This document shows, one piece after another, positions 33,853-43,043 of a stretch of 63,059 nt of DNA (positions are counted from its first letter, which is position 1; the number at the start of each line of letters is the position of its first letter). The notes beneath the pieces are model-generated. The model saw nothing but the letters and a program-made list of their open reading frames with translations. It did not search any database and was not told where the DNA came from. The stretch is from the IMG/VR virus record IMGVR_UViG_3300025879_000020, positions 1-63,059 of that record; one strand, written 5' to 3'. The position numbers were made by a program, and so were the translations under genes. This stretch comes from a virus (lineage: Duplodnaviria; Caudoviricetes).

Positions 33853-36368
33853 ACAAAAAAGTCCTCTAGGCTGACAGTATCTTCTTCGTTCCAACCGATG
33901 GCAGCCAGTATCGGGCGGACGACTTCAAGGAACGCCTTCTCAAACTGAAGGTCGTAGTCAATATATTTATGGATTTTCAATTCTTCGGGTAGGTAATCCG
34001 GAAACGCAATTACATTCTCCTTTATCGGGTTAGGGGTCTTAAGATAACAGAACTTGATCTTCTCGCCGTCTTTTATTGTAGCGTATCGTTTAAGGTTATT
34101 TTCCTGTAGCGCCTTATTATATAGAATAGAACCACGCACGTGAATGGGGCAACCTTTCTTGTACACCGTCGACCGATCCATCCAGTCGGTAACCTTTGAA
34201 ACTCCACGGGGAAAGGCGATCTGTTCTGGAGGCAGCTTAGTGAAGTGATCTTTAAACTGCGCAATTGCTTTCTGCGTATCTTTCTCGGTTCCAGTGACAA
34301 TCACCTTAAACAGAGCCTTTAACGCTTCACGGCAAGACATAGGAGTCGAAGACTTAACAGCTTCAATACCCATAATCTTTAGTTTCGGCTTGGCATACTG
34401 TACGCCTTCATTGTTGTGTACGTTTAGTATGTATCGCTTCTTCGCAGTCCAGATACCAGCATCGGCAATAGCTTCTCGAGCCATAACCATCTTATTCTCG
34501 TACGCATCCATGTACTCGGCAAGTTGATTGTAAGAACGTTCTAGCATAGGTTCAAACTGCTCACGACATACCTTATCAATCAAAGCAACAACTTCATCTT
34601 TTGGTTTCTTATCCCAACCAAGTTTATTAACCAAAGGTTCAAAATCGAGGTATAGGGAATCTGTATCGATAGCTATAACATGATCACCTTTTTCTTGACC
34701 AAGTATCTTATTAAGGAAAGTGTTTACGCTATGCTCTGCCCATCGGATCGATAGCTGACCAGATAATGTAATACCTTCAGCAATACGCAGGTCAAAGTAT
34801 CGGAACCAACGGTTACCAATCGCACCATAAAGTGAGTTCATCATAATCTTGTAAGCCATCTGCTCGTTATCGAGCGTGGTGATGGTTTTCTCTAGACGAT
34901 ACACTTCAGTATGGTTGCTCTTATCAACATGCTGTAGTTCTTGTTCGGCAGTAAGCATTTGCTTCTTAACAATCTTACGACCAGCATACATTTCCTCAAC
35001 CAGTTTAGGAATAATACCACGGATATCCTTACGATAGTGCGTACCGTTAGCAGCCATTGTACAATCAGGTCTAATCGATTCTGGCTTTCTAAGGGAAAGT
35101 ACCGAATCAACGTTCACTCCAGGAGTAATATCGTTTACAATGGTTTCCGGACTCATGTTGTACTGCATAATAAGGTGCGGATACAGTGAGTTCAAGTCAA
35201 AGGAAACCACCCAAGAGTGGCGACCAACTCGAGGTGCCTTAACATACCCACCAGGAAAGTCTGATTTAAACTTATCTTCTTTTGGCGGTGGAGCAACCTT
35301 ATCGTCGTGTAGAACCCGATAGATGTAGGTATCCCAGATACCAGTAGTACCAAACGCCTCTGTATAGTTTACGCCAGCCTTATACGCTAGTGTCATACAA
35401 AGGGTAATCAAGCCCATCTTATCTTCCATACGGTCAACCAACTCAACGTCTTTGATGTTGTAGTCGATAAACTTCTGGTGATCTTCTTTGTACAGGGTAT
35501 AAAGGTTACCGTGTTCTTCGTATGATAACTTCTTCTCGCCGAGAACTACGTGGGCGATGTGATCGAGTTTGTACGATTCCTCAGCTGTGTAGGTAAACTT
35601 CTTGTACAGGTCAAGGTAGTCAAGCAACTCGATACCCATCAACTCGAACTTCTGCTCGGTGCGGTTCATTATCTTGACTTCACGCTCGTTGATCTTACCC
35701 CAAGGTGATAGCTTCTTGACCATATCTTCGCCAATAACACGAGACATACGGTTTACCAAGTACGGAATATCAAATAGAGTAGAGTTCCAGCCAGTTACAA
35801 CATCGGGCATATTGCGTGGGCTAGACCAGTGGGTTACGAAATCCATTAGCAAACGAGCTTCAGACTCGCACTTATAGTAAACGACCTGATTCTCTTTCAT
35901 AAGTGACTTAGATACGTCGTAGTCGTCGAGACCCCATACATAGTAAGTATTATCTATGTTGTTCTTTAACGCAATAGAGATTACGGGATAGTTTGCTTGC
36001 CTTGGCTCGGGGAAACCTTCATCCGAAGCAACCTCAATATCGATAGTAGTTACGTTAATACTCTCGCGATTGAAGTCGATCTTTCCAGGATATTCTTTCT
36101 GAACATACTGGGCAAGGTAGTTGGTGTTGCCATACACCTTGAAGTTCGAGGCTTCTCCGTATTGTTGGATAAACTCGCGAGCTTCTTTCATTGTGTCGAA
36201 GTCGATATCCATTAAGGAGATACCGTCTAACGACTTCCAAGTACCCTTCTCGGAAGGTACAAATAGGGTGGGGGAGAACTTTACTCGTTCTGCGAATCGG
36301 TGGTTGTCTTTGTAGCCACGAACCAGAAGATCGTTACCAAAACGAGATACATTAGTGTAGAATTTCAT
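33849..36368 (-). CDS. 43: Family B DNA polymerase gp43
   Basis: DIEV, FDIPY, DLNSLYP, KIMMNSLYG, DTDS; C-terminal SLEDFF. Confidence 0.97.
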   Translation of the reverse strand: MKFYTNVSRFGNDLLVRGYKDNHRFAERVKFSPTLFVPSEKGTWKSLDGISLMDIDFDTMKEAREFIQQYGEASNFKVYGNTNYLAQYVQKEYPGKIDFNRESINVTTIDIEVASDEGFPEPRQANYPVISIALKNNIDNTYYVWGLDDYDVSKSLMKENQVVYYKCESEARLLMDFVTHWSSPRNMPDVVTGWNSTLFDIPYLVNRMSRVIGEDMVKKLSPWGKINEREVKIMNRTEQKFELMGIELLDYLDLYKKFTYTAEESYKLDHIAHVVLGEKKLSYEEHGNLYTLYKEDHQKFIDYNIKDVELVDRMEDKMGLITLCMTLAYKAGVNYTEAFGTTGIWDTYIYRVLHDDKVAPPPKEDKFKSDFPGGYVKAPRVGRHSWVVSFDLNSLYPHLIMQYNMSPETIVNDITPGVNVDSVLSLRKPESIRPDCTMAANGTHYRKDIRGIIPKLVEEMYAGRKIVKKQMLTAEQELQHVDKSNHTEVYRLEKTITTLDNEQMAYKIMMNSLYGAIGNRWFRYFDLRIAEGITLSGQLSIRWAEHSVNTFLNKILGQEKGDHVIAIDTDSLYLDFEPLVNKLGWDKKPKDEVVALIDKVCREQFEPMLERSYNQLAEYMDAYENKMVMAREAIADAGIWTAKKRYILNVHNNEGVQYAKPKLKIMGIEAVKSSTPMSCREALKALFKVIVTGTEKDTQKAIAQFKDHFTKLPPEQIAFPRGVSKVTDWMDRSTVYKKGCPIHVRGSILYNKALQENNLKRYATIKDGEKIKFCYLKTPNPIKENVIAFPDYLPEELKIHKYIDYDLQFEKAFLEVVRPILAAIGWNEEDTVSLEDFFV

Positions 36369-36395
36369 TCAAAACCTCATATCATTACAACGCAT

Positions 36396-36424
36396 ATTAT
36401 ACTATATCTAGAGGTAAAAGTAAA
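36396..36424 (-). promoter_or_regulatory. T4-type early promoter (gp43)
   Basis: GGGGTTTACT-N17-TATAAT. Confidence 0.8.
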
Positions 36425-36443
36425 CCCCTCCGAAGAGGGGTTT
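36422..36443 (-). terminator. UUCG-tetraloop terminator overlapping the gp43 -35
   Basis: AAACCCCTC-TTCG-GAGGGGTTT-ACTTTT. Confidence 0.75.
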
Positions 36444-36453
36444 GGGGTAGTTT

Positions 36454-36690
36454 TTAGTCTTTTTTGACTACAAACTTATACAACTGTTCAGCCTTTTCCA
36501 TGACTTCATGGGGTTTGTACATCTTAGGAGTGTACTTCTCGTAGACTTCGGTAATGTCCTTACCTTGCTCTTTGAAGTTTTCCATCTGTGACCAGAACTG
36601 CTGTTCAGCAATAGAATACTGCTGATCCATCATTTCTTTAGCCATTTTGAGTACGTCGAACCGAAGTTCGAAAGGGTTCTTGTTGGACAT
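36454..36690 (-). CDS. Conserved hypothetical protein
   Basis: MSNKNPFELRFDVLKMA; AGGAG RBS. Confidence 0.7.
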   Translation of the reverse strand: MSNKNPFELRFDVLKMAKEMMDQQYSIAEQQFWSQMENFKEQGKDITEVYEKYTPKMYKPHEVMEKAEQLYKFVVKKD

Positions 36691-36898
36691 AGTTATGTCT
36701 CCTGTGTTGTGGTTGTGTGTTACTAAGTAGTTTGTTCCTACCAGCCGAGCCAGTAGCAACGATTGCTGCTAGTATAATCCATACTAGCAATTCCTTGTTG
36801 TCCTTCTTAAAGCAATGGTTGGAGTGTAAAAACCACCCCAACCAAAGTAAGAAAGACTATAGAAACTTCACCGTATGTATCTAGTCTAACCTTCTTCA

Positions 36899-37102
36899 TC
36901 ATACCCCCTTAACTGAAGTGTAGATTTCTCGTGCGGAATGATTATCCGCTAAGATTCTTTGCTCCAGCTCGCCGACCGAAGTACGGCGGAAGTCTGCGTT
37001 GGTCATTACTAGATATTGAGCAACATGGCGTGCTGCTTGTCTCCGGCGACCTTCTATTACTCCATTAAGAAGCTTCGTTAAGAAGCTGTGGATCTTTCTC
37101 AT
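36899..37102 (-). CDS. Hypothetical protein
   Basis: 67 aa ORF downstream of hsp20. Confidence 0.55.
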   Translation of the reverse strand: MRKIHSFLTKLLNGVIEGRRRQAARHVAQYLVMTNADFRRTSVGELEQRILADNHSAREIYTSVKGV

Positions 37103-37529
37103 TTGTTATTCCTCGAATGTTTGAATTGATTTCAATTTGACGAGGACGCTTTTCTTCAGGGACTACGACTTCCAAGTTAATGGCAAGTATACCGTCCGCT
37201 AGATCTGCTCCTTTTACTTCCACGTATTCGGATAATCGGAATGTCCGATTAAACTTCTTCGCAGAGATCCCCTTATGGATATAGTCTCTACCAGTTCCCG
37301 ACTGCTCACCGCTGACAAAGAGAGTGCGGTCTTTGACTTCAATAGTCAATTCGCTTTCTTTAAATCCAGCAACAGCTAGTTCTACAAGGTATCGGTTATC
37401 GTCTACCTTGATGATATTGTGCGGGGGATAGTTATCCTTTGACTGTCTCGCGACACGATCCAGTTCATCGAATAGGTGATCGAATCCTACAAAGGCTGAT
37501 CGAGGGAAGAGTGTGTTTACGTTGGTCAT
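37065..37529 (-). CDS. hsp20: Small heat-shock protein (IbpA/B-like)
   Basis: GFD, NYPPHNI, ELAVAGF, YIHKGI, F.RTF.L. Confidence 0.93.
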   Translation of the reverse strand: MTNVNTLFPRSAFVGFDHLFDELDRVARQSKDNYPPHNIIKVDDNRYLVELAVAGFKESELTIEVKDRTLFVSGEQSGTGRDYIHKGISAKKFNRTFRLSEYVEVKGADLADGILAINLEVVVPEEKRPRQIEINSNIRGITNEKDPQLLNEAS

Positions 37530-37640
37530 AAAGTTTCTCCTTTATATTAAGCAAGAATGTTAATGATCCCGAACATCGGCGACCAAAAGTGAGCAGTTTG
37601 GGAGCATGCTCAGGCTACAGTCCCAAGGTAGTGGGACTCA
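37530..37640 (-). promoter_or_regulatory. Multi-hairpin leader ending in a ROSE-like RNA thermometer
   Basis: UUCUUGCUU pairs with AAGGAGAA with a bulged G; three upstream hairpins. Confidence 0.6.
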
Positions 37641-37802
37641 AATTCTTTTATCGATAATCATATGGGTTCCGATGGTAATCATATACATCATTGCTGGGAT
37701 TGAACCGAGCACAACCAGAAAGGGTGCAGCTCCGTCAACCAACCTGTAATATATTGCCATCGTTATAAACAAAGCCGATAGTGCTAACAAAACGTATCTC
37801 AT
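37638..37802 (-). CDS. Small two-TM protein (54 aa)
   Basis: Manual translation MRYVLLALSALFITMAIYY...PFLVVLGSIPAMMYMI. Confidence 0.5.
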   Translation of the reverse strand: MRYVLLALSALFITMAIYYRLVDGAAPFLVVLGSIPAMMYMITIGTHMIIDKRI

Positions 37803-37838
37803 AATATACTAAAACCTCATTTCGTTTAATATAAGCAA

Positions 37839-38255
37839 CTATTTGACGTTGCCGATATTATACTTAGGACATAATTCCCAATTAGACTTATCCCTATGCG
37901 GAATCACTTTCACTTGCCGCAATGGTGCCACGTCTTTAACCTGCTGTTTATCCAGTACAGTCAACAAACCCCAATCCGACAAAAGCGTCGCAATTGTGTT
38001 TCTACGTTGGATATCGTTTTCCAGTAGGTTAGACGGTTTACCATCCAGAAGGAATAGCTCTTTAAAGTGAACAATGAAGTACCTACCTTGCTTGTGTAGA
38101 ATATGGCAAGACTGATATAGTTTTTGCTCTTTCTTAGAAGCCACTCCCATACGTGTAAGTGTTTCACGAATCTTTAGGAAATCGTCAGGCTCGTTGAGCA
38201 ACACCTCCAACATAATAGCTGGAGTCCACTCAATTTTATGGTTTTCTAGTTCCAC
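37839..38255 (-). CDS. regA: Translational repressor RegA
   Basis: DDFLKIRETLTRMG, LYQSCHILHKQG. Confidence 0.95.
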   Translation of the reverse strand: MELENHKIEWTPAIMLEVLLNEPDDFLKIRETLTRMGVASKKEQKLYQSCHILHKQGRYFIVHFKELFLLDGKPSNLLENDIQRRNTIATLLSDWGLLTVLDKQQVKDVAPLRQVKVIPHRDKSNWELCPKYNIGNVK

Positions 38256-38628
38256 CTTTGTATACCTTCTTCTTCAACTCAAGTAATTGATCATTAGTTA
38301 ATAATCCAAGCACATCACGAGCTTTCTCGTAGGAATACCCATAACACTCTTTTATTATTTCCAGTTCTTCGGACTTCACAGCCTTTGGCCATTTGCCGAA
38401 TAGCTTTTTCTTTCTGATACTATTTATAAGAAATTGAAATTGAAGAGTACCATCTAAGTGGTGGTCTATGTTCATTTCGTTAGCATACAAAACGGTTTCT
38501 ATATGCTGGCTTAACGCACGGTTGACGATGAAAGCGACTTTCTCATAGTTACGATCTGCGTTAGGATCGTCAGAGATAAGGTCTTTCTTAGATGAAGTCA
38601 CAGCAGTTACATAATCAAAAGGGTTCAT
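38236..38628 (-). CDS. 62: Clamp loader small subunit gp62
   Basis: FIVNRALS, ANEMN, YGYS..KA; synteny with 44 and regA. Confidence 0.9.
   Translation of the reverse strand: MNPFDYVTAVTSSKKDLISDDPNADRNYEKVAFIVNRALSQHIETVLYANEMNIDHHLDGTLQFQFLINSIRKKKLFGKWPKAVKSEELEIIKECYGYSYEKARDVLGLLTNDQLLELKKKVYKGGTRKP
38421..38428 (-). promoter_or_regulatory. T4 late promoter inside gp62, upstream of regA
   Basis: TATAAATA. Confidence 0.5.
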
Positions 38629-38630
38629 TA

Positions 38631-39233
38631 CTATCCTCGCAAAGCCTGTGCCAAAGATTGCATACGCATAACATCCATTACAATATCATGACGGCAGTCG
38701 TGCGCTATAAACTTCTCTTCTAGACCTTCAGGAATAAAGGAGTTCTTTAGCTTATGCCCGAACGCCATACCATCAATTGTAGAACGAGTATCCCGAACGA
38801 TCCAGAACGGGAAAGGATCTTTCTTACCAGCAGCCTCTAGTAACTCACGAAGCAGAATCGGGTCAAAGGTATTACCACGAGTATATGCTTTCTTAAGAGC
38901 CGAGAAGTTGATATTATCAAACAAGAACTGCTCGAGTTCAGTAATAGACTTATCCTCATCAGAAGGTTTTAATACAACACGAGCTTCTGCTGGTTGAGAC
39001 TTCCACCAACTAAGGGTTTCTGGGTCGATCTTTCGGTTGTAAATCTCTACCTGCTCGGCAACATCGAACTTAATGTACCTTGTTTCACGAAGGAGTTCTT
39101 CGTAGCCGTAGGGGTTGTCCGAAGATAACCGAGACTCGTCATAAGAAACGAGCGCCAAGTTAATAGCAGCCCCACGAATAGGGTCTTGACTCAAGGTCTC
39201 AAAATCATAGATTACAGTATTCATCATTTCCAC
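38631..39233 (-). CDS. dexA: DexA-like 3'-5' exonuclease
   Basis: DFETL, RGNTFD, RDTRS, H..RHD..MD. Confidence 0.85.
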   Translation of the reverse strand: MEMMNTVIYDFETLSQDPIRGAAINLALVSYDESRLSSDNPYGYEELLRETRYIKFDVAEQVEIYNRKIDPETLSWWKSQPAEARVVLKPSDEDKSITELEQFLFDNINFSALKKAYTRGNTFDPILLRELLEAAGKKDPFPFWIVRDTRSTIDGMAFGHKLKNSFIPEGLEEKFIAHDCRHDIVMDVMRMQSLAQALRG

Positions 39234-40171
39234 TCCGCAACAGTCATAATCTCAGTCAAACACGCAACAGTATTTAGCTCGTGATCAGCTACAAAGGCAT
39301 CTTGATACGCATACCGACCAATAATCAGTACAACGTTAGGTACGGACTGCGGGAGCAAGAAGTTAGTCGCCTGATCAAAGATCTTACGAAACAGGACTGT
39401 TGCTTCTAAGTCTGAGTTGTTAGTAACCCAAGCACGAACCGACTTATAGTTCCTATCTTTCATGTAACCCATGAGAGTTTTGAAGTTCTCGTCGGATACG
39501 TTTACTAAGATACCTGCGTCGATCTTACCAGAAAGAGAATACCGCTGACATTCATTAAGCATACGTCGGAAGTCGGGGAAGTGCTTCTGAACCAACTCGG
39601 CAACCGCTGCTCTATCATACTCGATACCTTCTTGTCCGAGGATATTTGTAACACGCTTAAAGATTTCCGCTGCGATAGCTGGCTTCTCGTCTTTAGGGAT
39701 ACCGAACTCATACACTGAGCATCGAGAATGTAGTGGCTCAATGATCTTGTTCTTGAAGTTACAGGTTAAGATAAAACGACAGTTGTTAGAGAACTCTTCA
39801 ATGAACCCACGAAGGGCTGGTTGAGTCGACTGCGCATTAAGGTAATCTGCCTCATCTAGGATCACAACCTTGTAACCGCCTTGTAAGGATACGGTTGACG
39901 CAAACTGGCGGATCTTGTTTCGTAGGGTATCGATGTTACCATCTTCCGATGCGTTCACGATAATGTGATCGAGGTCTAACTCGTTACACAGCGCTTTGGC
40001 GACGGTAGTCTTACCGACACCAGCCGTTCCAGCGAAGAGCATGTTAGGTAGCTCTCCGCCTTTAACGATTTCAGAAAAGGTAGACTTCAGTCCTTTAGGT
40101 AGGATAGTATCTTCGACAGTTTGTGGTCGATACTTTTCAACAAAGAGGAATTCATTTGATTGGTTTGACAT
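39224..40171 (-). CDS. 44: Clamp loader ATPase gp44
   Basis: VEKYRP, GTAGVGKT, DEAD, SRC. Confidence 0.95.
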   Translation of the reverse strand: MSNQSNEFLFVEKYRPQTVEDTILPKGLKSTFSEIVKGGELPNMLFAGTAGVGKTTVAKALCNELDLDHIIVNASEDGNIDTLRNKIRQFASTVSLQGGYKVVILDEADYLNAQSTQPALRGFIEEFSNNCRFILTCNFKNKIIEPLHSRCSVYEFGIPKDEKPAIAAEIFKRVTNILGQEGIEYDRAAVAELVQKHFPDFRRMLNECQRYSLSGKIDAGILVNVSDENFKTLMGYMKDRNYKSVRAWVTNNSDLEATVLFRKIFDQATNFLLPQSVPNVVLIIGRYAYQDAFVADHELNTVACLTEIMTVAEWK

Positions 40172-40413
40172 TCACTTTCTCCATCATTTAAAAACATATC
40201 AAGGGTGTTGCTGGGTTGGTAGTTATACTTCTCGAGGTGAACCTTACCGTTGTTATCAAGGTAGCAAGGTTTACATCCAGAAGATTGGCGCACATCCCCA
40301 GGAAACTTGGAATCTCGTTTAGACTTCGGGTAGAACTCAGAACGAGGTTTCCATGTCTCACATTTATCACAGTAAACTAGGTCGGGCGTTTCCTGCCCTA
40401 ACAAGTTATTCAT
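40087..40413 (-). CDS. CxxC...CxxC zinc-finger protein
   Basis: CDKCETWKPRSEFY...CKPC. Confidence 0.5.
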   Translation of the reverse strand: MNNLLGQETPDLVYCDKCETWKPRSEFYPKSKRDSKFPGDVRQSSGCKPCYLDNNGKVHLEKYNYQPSNTLDMFLNDGESECQTNQMNSSLLKSIDHKLSKILSYLKD

Positions 40414-40442
40414 ATTATACCTCTTTTACATAGCAAAGTAAA
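40414..40442 (-). promoter_or_regulatory. T4-type early promoter
   Basis: TTTACT-N17-TATAAT. Confidence 0.7.
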
Positions 40443-40448
40443 GGGGGA

Positions 40449-40715
40449 TTAGATAATAATCCCCGAGGTCGCCGACCGATACGCTTTCTCAACTTCAATG
40501 TTAGTCGGAACAACAAAAACGTATTGTGCAAAAGTGACTTCAGTCGGGTTTTGCTCACCAGTTACTGCGATCCCCGCAGCAAAGCCCATACCAGATTCGT
40601 TTTGAATCAACATGCGTGGGTCAGACAGAGTGAGAGTGCCTTCCCCCTGATCTTTCAACTTGCCAACATACTCACCAGAGATGGTGACAACGGTTACAAC
40701 ATCATTTGCCTTCAT
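40449..40715 (-). CDS. Small Sm-like-fold hypothetical protein
   Basis: SGEYVGKL...L.DP, Y...TSGII. Confidence 0.6.
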   Translation of the reverse strand: MKANDVVTVVTISGEYVGKLKDQGEGTLTLSDPRMLIQNESGMGFAAGIAVTGEQNPTEVTFAQYVFVVPTNIEVEKAYRSATSGIII

Positions 40716-40716
40716 A

Positions 40717-41256
40717 TCATACTTCCATTTGTTTTAAATCATTAAGAACTCGCTCTGGAGTAGTTGTGTCATATGGGTCAGTTGGACAGTTGTCCATAAA
40801 ATCATCTTCTTCCCAAATATACTTAATACGACAGTTTTCGATCAAAGCGACATAACGCCAAGAACGCTTACCAAAGCCAAGGTTGGTTTTGTCGACCAAC
40901 ATATTCATGCCTTTAGCAAAATCGCCGTTACCGTCAGGAAGCATCTCGATGTTTTCGACTCCAAGTTGCTTTTTCCATTGGTACATAACGAACGCATCGT
41001 TAACAGAAGTACAATAAACTTCATCAATTCCGTGACTCAACAGGTCAGGATAGATTGATTCAAACCCAGGAAGTTGACTATTAGAGCAGGTTGGCGTAAA
41101 CGCTCCAGGGAGACCAATAACCAAAACCTTCTTATCTTCAAACAACTCAGAGGTTTTAACGATTTTCCAATCGAACGGGTTATCTCCGTCGATTTCATCA
41201 TTTCGGACACGAGTGTGAAGGGTTACATCAGGCGCCAGTGATAGCATATGCATCAT
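40717..41256 (-). CDS. Peroxiredoxin (Prx5-type)
   Basis: PGAFTPTCS, SVNDAFVM, PDGNG, RSWRY. Confidence 0.92.
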   Translation of the reverse strand: MMHMLSLAPDVTLHTRVRNDEIDGDNPFDWKIVKTSELFEDKKVLVIGLPGAFTPTCSNSQLPGFESIYPDLLSHGIDEVYCTSVNDAFVMYQWKKQLGVENIEMLPDGNGDFAKGMNMLVDKTNLGFGKRSWRYVALIENCRIKYIWEEDDFMDNCPTDPYDTTTPERVLNDLKQMEV

Positions 41257-41517
41257 TTATCCTTTCAAAATGTTGTTGAGATAATTCTCAAATTGGTCAA
41301 CCTTCTCAACTCGGTTTGGCCAATAGATGTAGTCCTTCTCGGGGTTTGCTTTCAGGTTCGATAACAACGGAAGGATTGCGTTGTACAGCTGGTCGACTTT
41401 GTCCTGGAGGTTTTCAACTTCAGAGGAAGTATCGGTTACTGCCTTCTGCGCTTGTTGTACTGCTTCCAGTTCTGTTTCGTCTACAGCCGTGAACCCGAAG
41501 TCGAATATATCTGTCAT
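41257..41517 (-). CDS. Conserved T4-like hypothetical protein
   Basis: FDFGFTAVDE, NPEKDYIYWPNR. Confidence 0.7.
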   Translation of the reverse strand: MTDIFDFGFTAVDETELEAVQQAQKAVTDTSSEVENLQDKVDQLYNAILPLLSNLKANPEKDYIYWPNRVEKVDQFENYLNNILKG

Positions 41518-41774
41518 TTGACAATCGCCTCGTAAAGTTCTTCGAAGCCTTCGTTCTCTTCTTGAACAGATACAAACGTTTGCTTGTGATAAACGTTAGC
41601 CAGCTTCTTTAGGAATTTAGGGTTAAGCCCAACTTCATCTTTAATCCTATCGCAGACGTCTTTTTGGAAGTCACGCTCAGAGTCCATACGGACTAAGGAG
41701 TTAGAGAGTTCTTCTACAGCATCTTTGATCTTTTGACGGTCAGCTGGTGAGGAAGGAACTATAATATTGCTCAT
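41514..41774 (-). CDS. dsbA: dsDNA-binding protein DsbA-like
   Basis: E.S.S..R...ERD, KLA.VYHKQ.F, FEELYE. Confidence 0.7.
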   Translation of the reverse strand: MSNIIVPSSPADRQKIKDAVEELSNSLVRMDSERDFQKDVCDRIKDEVGLNPKFLKKLANVYHKQTFVSVQEENEGFEELYEAIVK

Positions 41775-41805
41775 TTCAATCTCCTAACAAATCAATAATA
41801 AAGTT

Positions 41806-41823
41806 GAGACCCCGAAGGGTCTC
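41806..41823 (-). terminator. UUCG hairpin, probable terminator
   Basis: GAGACCC-TTCG-GGGTCTC; weak U-tract. Confidence 0.5.
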
Positions 41824-41830
41824 GGTTGGT

Positions 41831-42085
41831 TTACTCGGCAGCTTCAGCTTCTTCAGTATCAGCTTCAGCTTCGTCCACTGGAGTAGTGTTGGCTTTCAAG
41901 AAAGAAACCAAGCGACCACGAAGTGCCCCAACAGATTCCAACTCGGTGCCTTCAAACGCACCACGCTTAGAACAGATATCGATAATCTGTACAGCAGCAG
42001 CCAAATCGGCTACACCAAGTTGTACAGGTTCCGCAGCAGCATTTACTGCTTCTTCGACAACTTCTTGATTTTCTACTTCGCTCAT
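41831..42085 (-). CDS. Conserved hypothetical protein
   Basis: IIDICSKRGAFEGTEL..VG. Confidence 0.7.
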   Translation of the reverse strand: MSEVENQEVVEEAVNAAAEPVQLGVADLAAAVQIIDICSKRGAFEGTELESVGALRGRLVSFLKANTTPVDEAEADTEEAEAAE

Positions 42086-42101
42086 ATTAATCTCCTATGA
42101 T

Positions 42102-42344
42102 TTACTTAGTTTCGAGGGTTACTTTAATTGACCCAAATCCGATAGCATCGGTCATCTTTTGAAAGGCTTCTTCTAGCTCTTCAGGGTTGGTTACTGAAGT
42201 TCGGAAGGATAACTCTTCCCAGCCTTCTGCACCGTAGTCGGTGTCCGCTGTTTCTGCTCTCAGGTCGAGAATATATTTACTCATTACATTAGTCTCCAAA
42301 GCTAGAGTTTTTCTCAAGGGCAACCCAGTAGGTCGCAGAAGCAT
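42102..42344 (-). CDS. Hypothetical protein (start uncertain)
   Basis: ORF downstream of gp45; likely starts at MSKY. Confidence 0.5.
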   Translation of the reverse strand: MLLRPTGLPLRKTLALETNVMSKYILDLRAETADTDYGAEGWEELSFRTSVTNPEELEEAFQKMTDAIGFGSIKVTLETK

Positions 42345-42978
42345 CAGAGTTTGAGAACTCCGAGATCAACTTTGACGAGACCGAAACAGTCATACTACCA
42401 GGAAGGAACTTGAAGTTGTTGATGTTGAACACCAACTTAAACGCACCATCGGGGCGAGATTCTACCGAACCCAAATCCATACGGAACGTGTTCGCAGTAG
42501 ATACCTTAACATCAGTCACTTCAATACGAACGTCGCCACCACCTTCTTCGCCGATCACAACCACATCTGTAGAAGAGATAGCATTAGCAGCTCGGCGGAT
42601 AGCCTGCATCTGGGCGTCAGTCAACGAAAACTTAACTTCGCAATCTGGCATAGTTAGGTCTTTTGTAGGACTGGTCAAGATAGAGGCGTCCGAGAAATAG
42701 TAACGATAGGACTGGCTATCAGCGCCAGACAAGAGGACAGAATTGCCATCTTCCTCAAACGTCAAATCAGGTTCAGTCAACGCACCATAAATGGTTAGGA
42801 ACTGGTTCAAGTCATAGATACCCACCGACACTGGGAACGTTTCTTCTACATTAGCAGAAGCCAAGATCGTCTTGCTTTCAGCAATAGTCTTCAGGGTGCT
42901 ACCAGTATTGATGACCAAGTTAGGGTTAATGCTGGCGAAGTTTCGCAGCACTTCCAGGGTGTTAGTGGATAGTTTCAT
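42289..42978 (-). CDS. 45: Sliding clamp gp45
   Basis: MKLS..TL..L.NFASIN, GIYDLNQFL, YWVALE. Confidence 0.93.
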   Translation of the reverse strand: MKLSTNTLEVLRNFASINPNLVINTGSTLKTIAESKTILASANVEETFPVSVGIYDLNQFLTIYGALTEPDLTFEEDGNSVLLSGADSQSYRYYFSDASILTSPTKDLTMPDCEVKFSLTDAQMQAIRRAANAISSTDVVVIGEEGGGDVRIEVTDVKVSTANTFRMDLGSVESRPDGAFKLVFNINNFKFLPGSMTVSVSSKLISEFSNSDASATYWVALEKNSSFGD

Positions 42979-43005
42979 AATATCTCCATTAAGTTTACAA
43001 GTCAT

Positions 43006-43034
43006 ATTGTACTACGTTTTGGCTCGAAAGTAAA
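43006..43034 (-). promoter_or_regulatory. T4-type early promoter (gp45)
   Basis: TTTACT-N17-TACAAT. Confidence 0.7.
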
Positions 43035-43043
43035 GAACTTTTT

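Noticed and set aside
37730-37750. Apparent frameshift at GGTTGGTT in the small membrane ORF
   Set aside because: Re-translation gives an intact 54 aa frame
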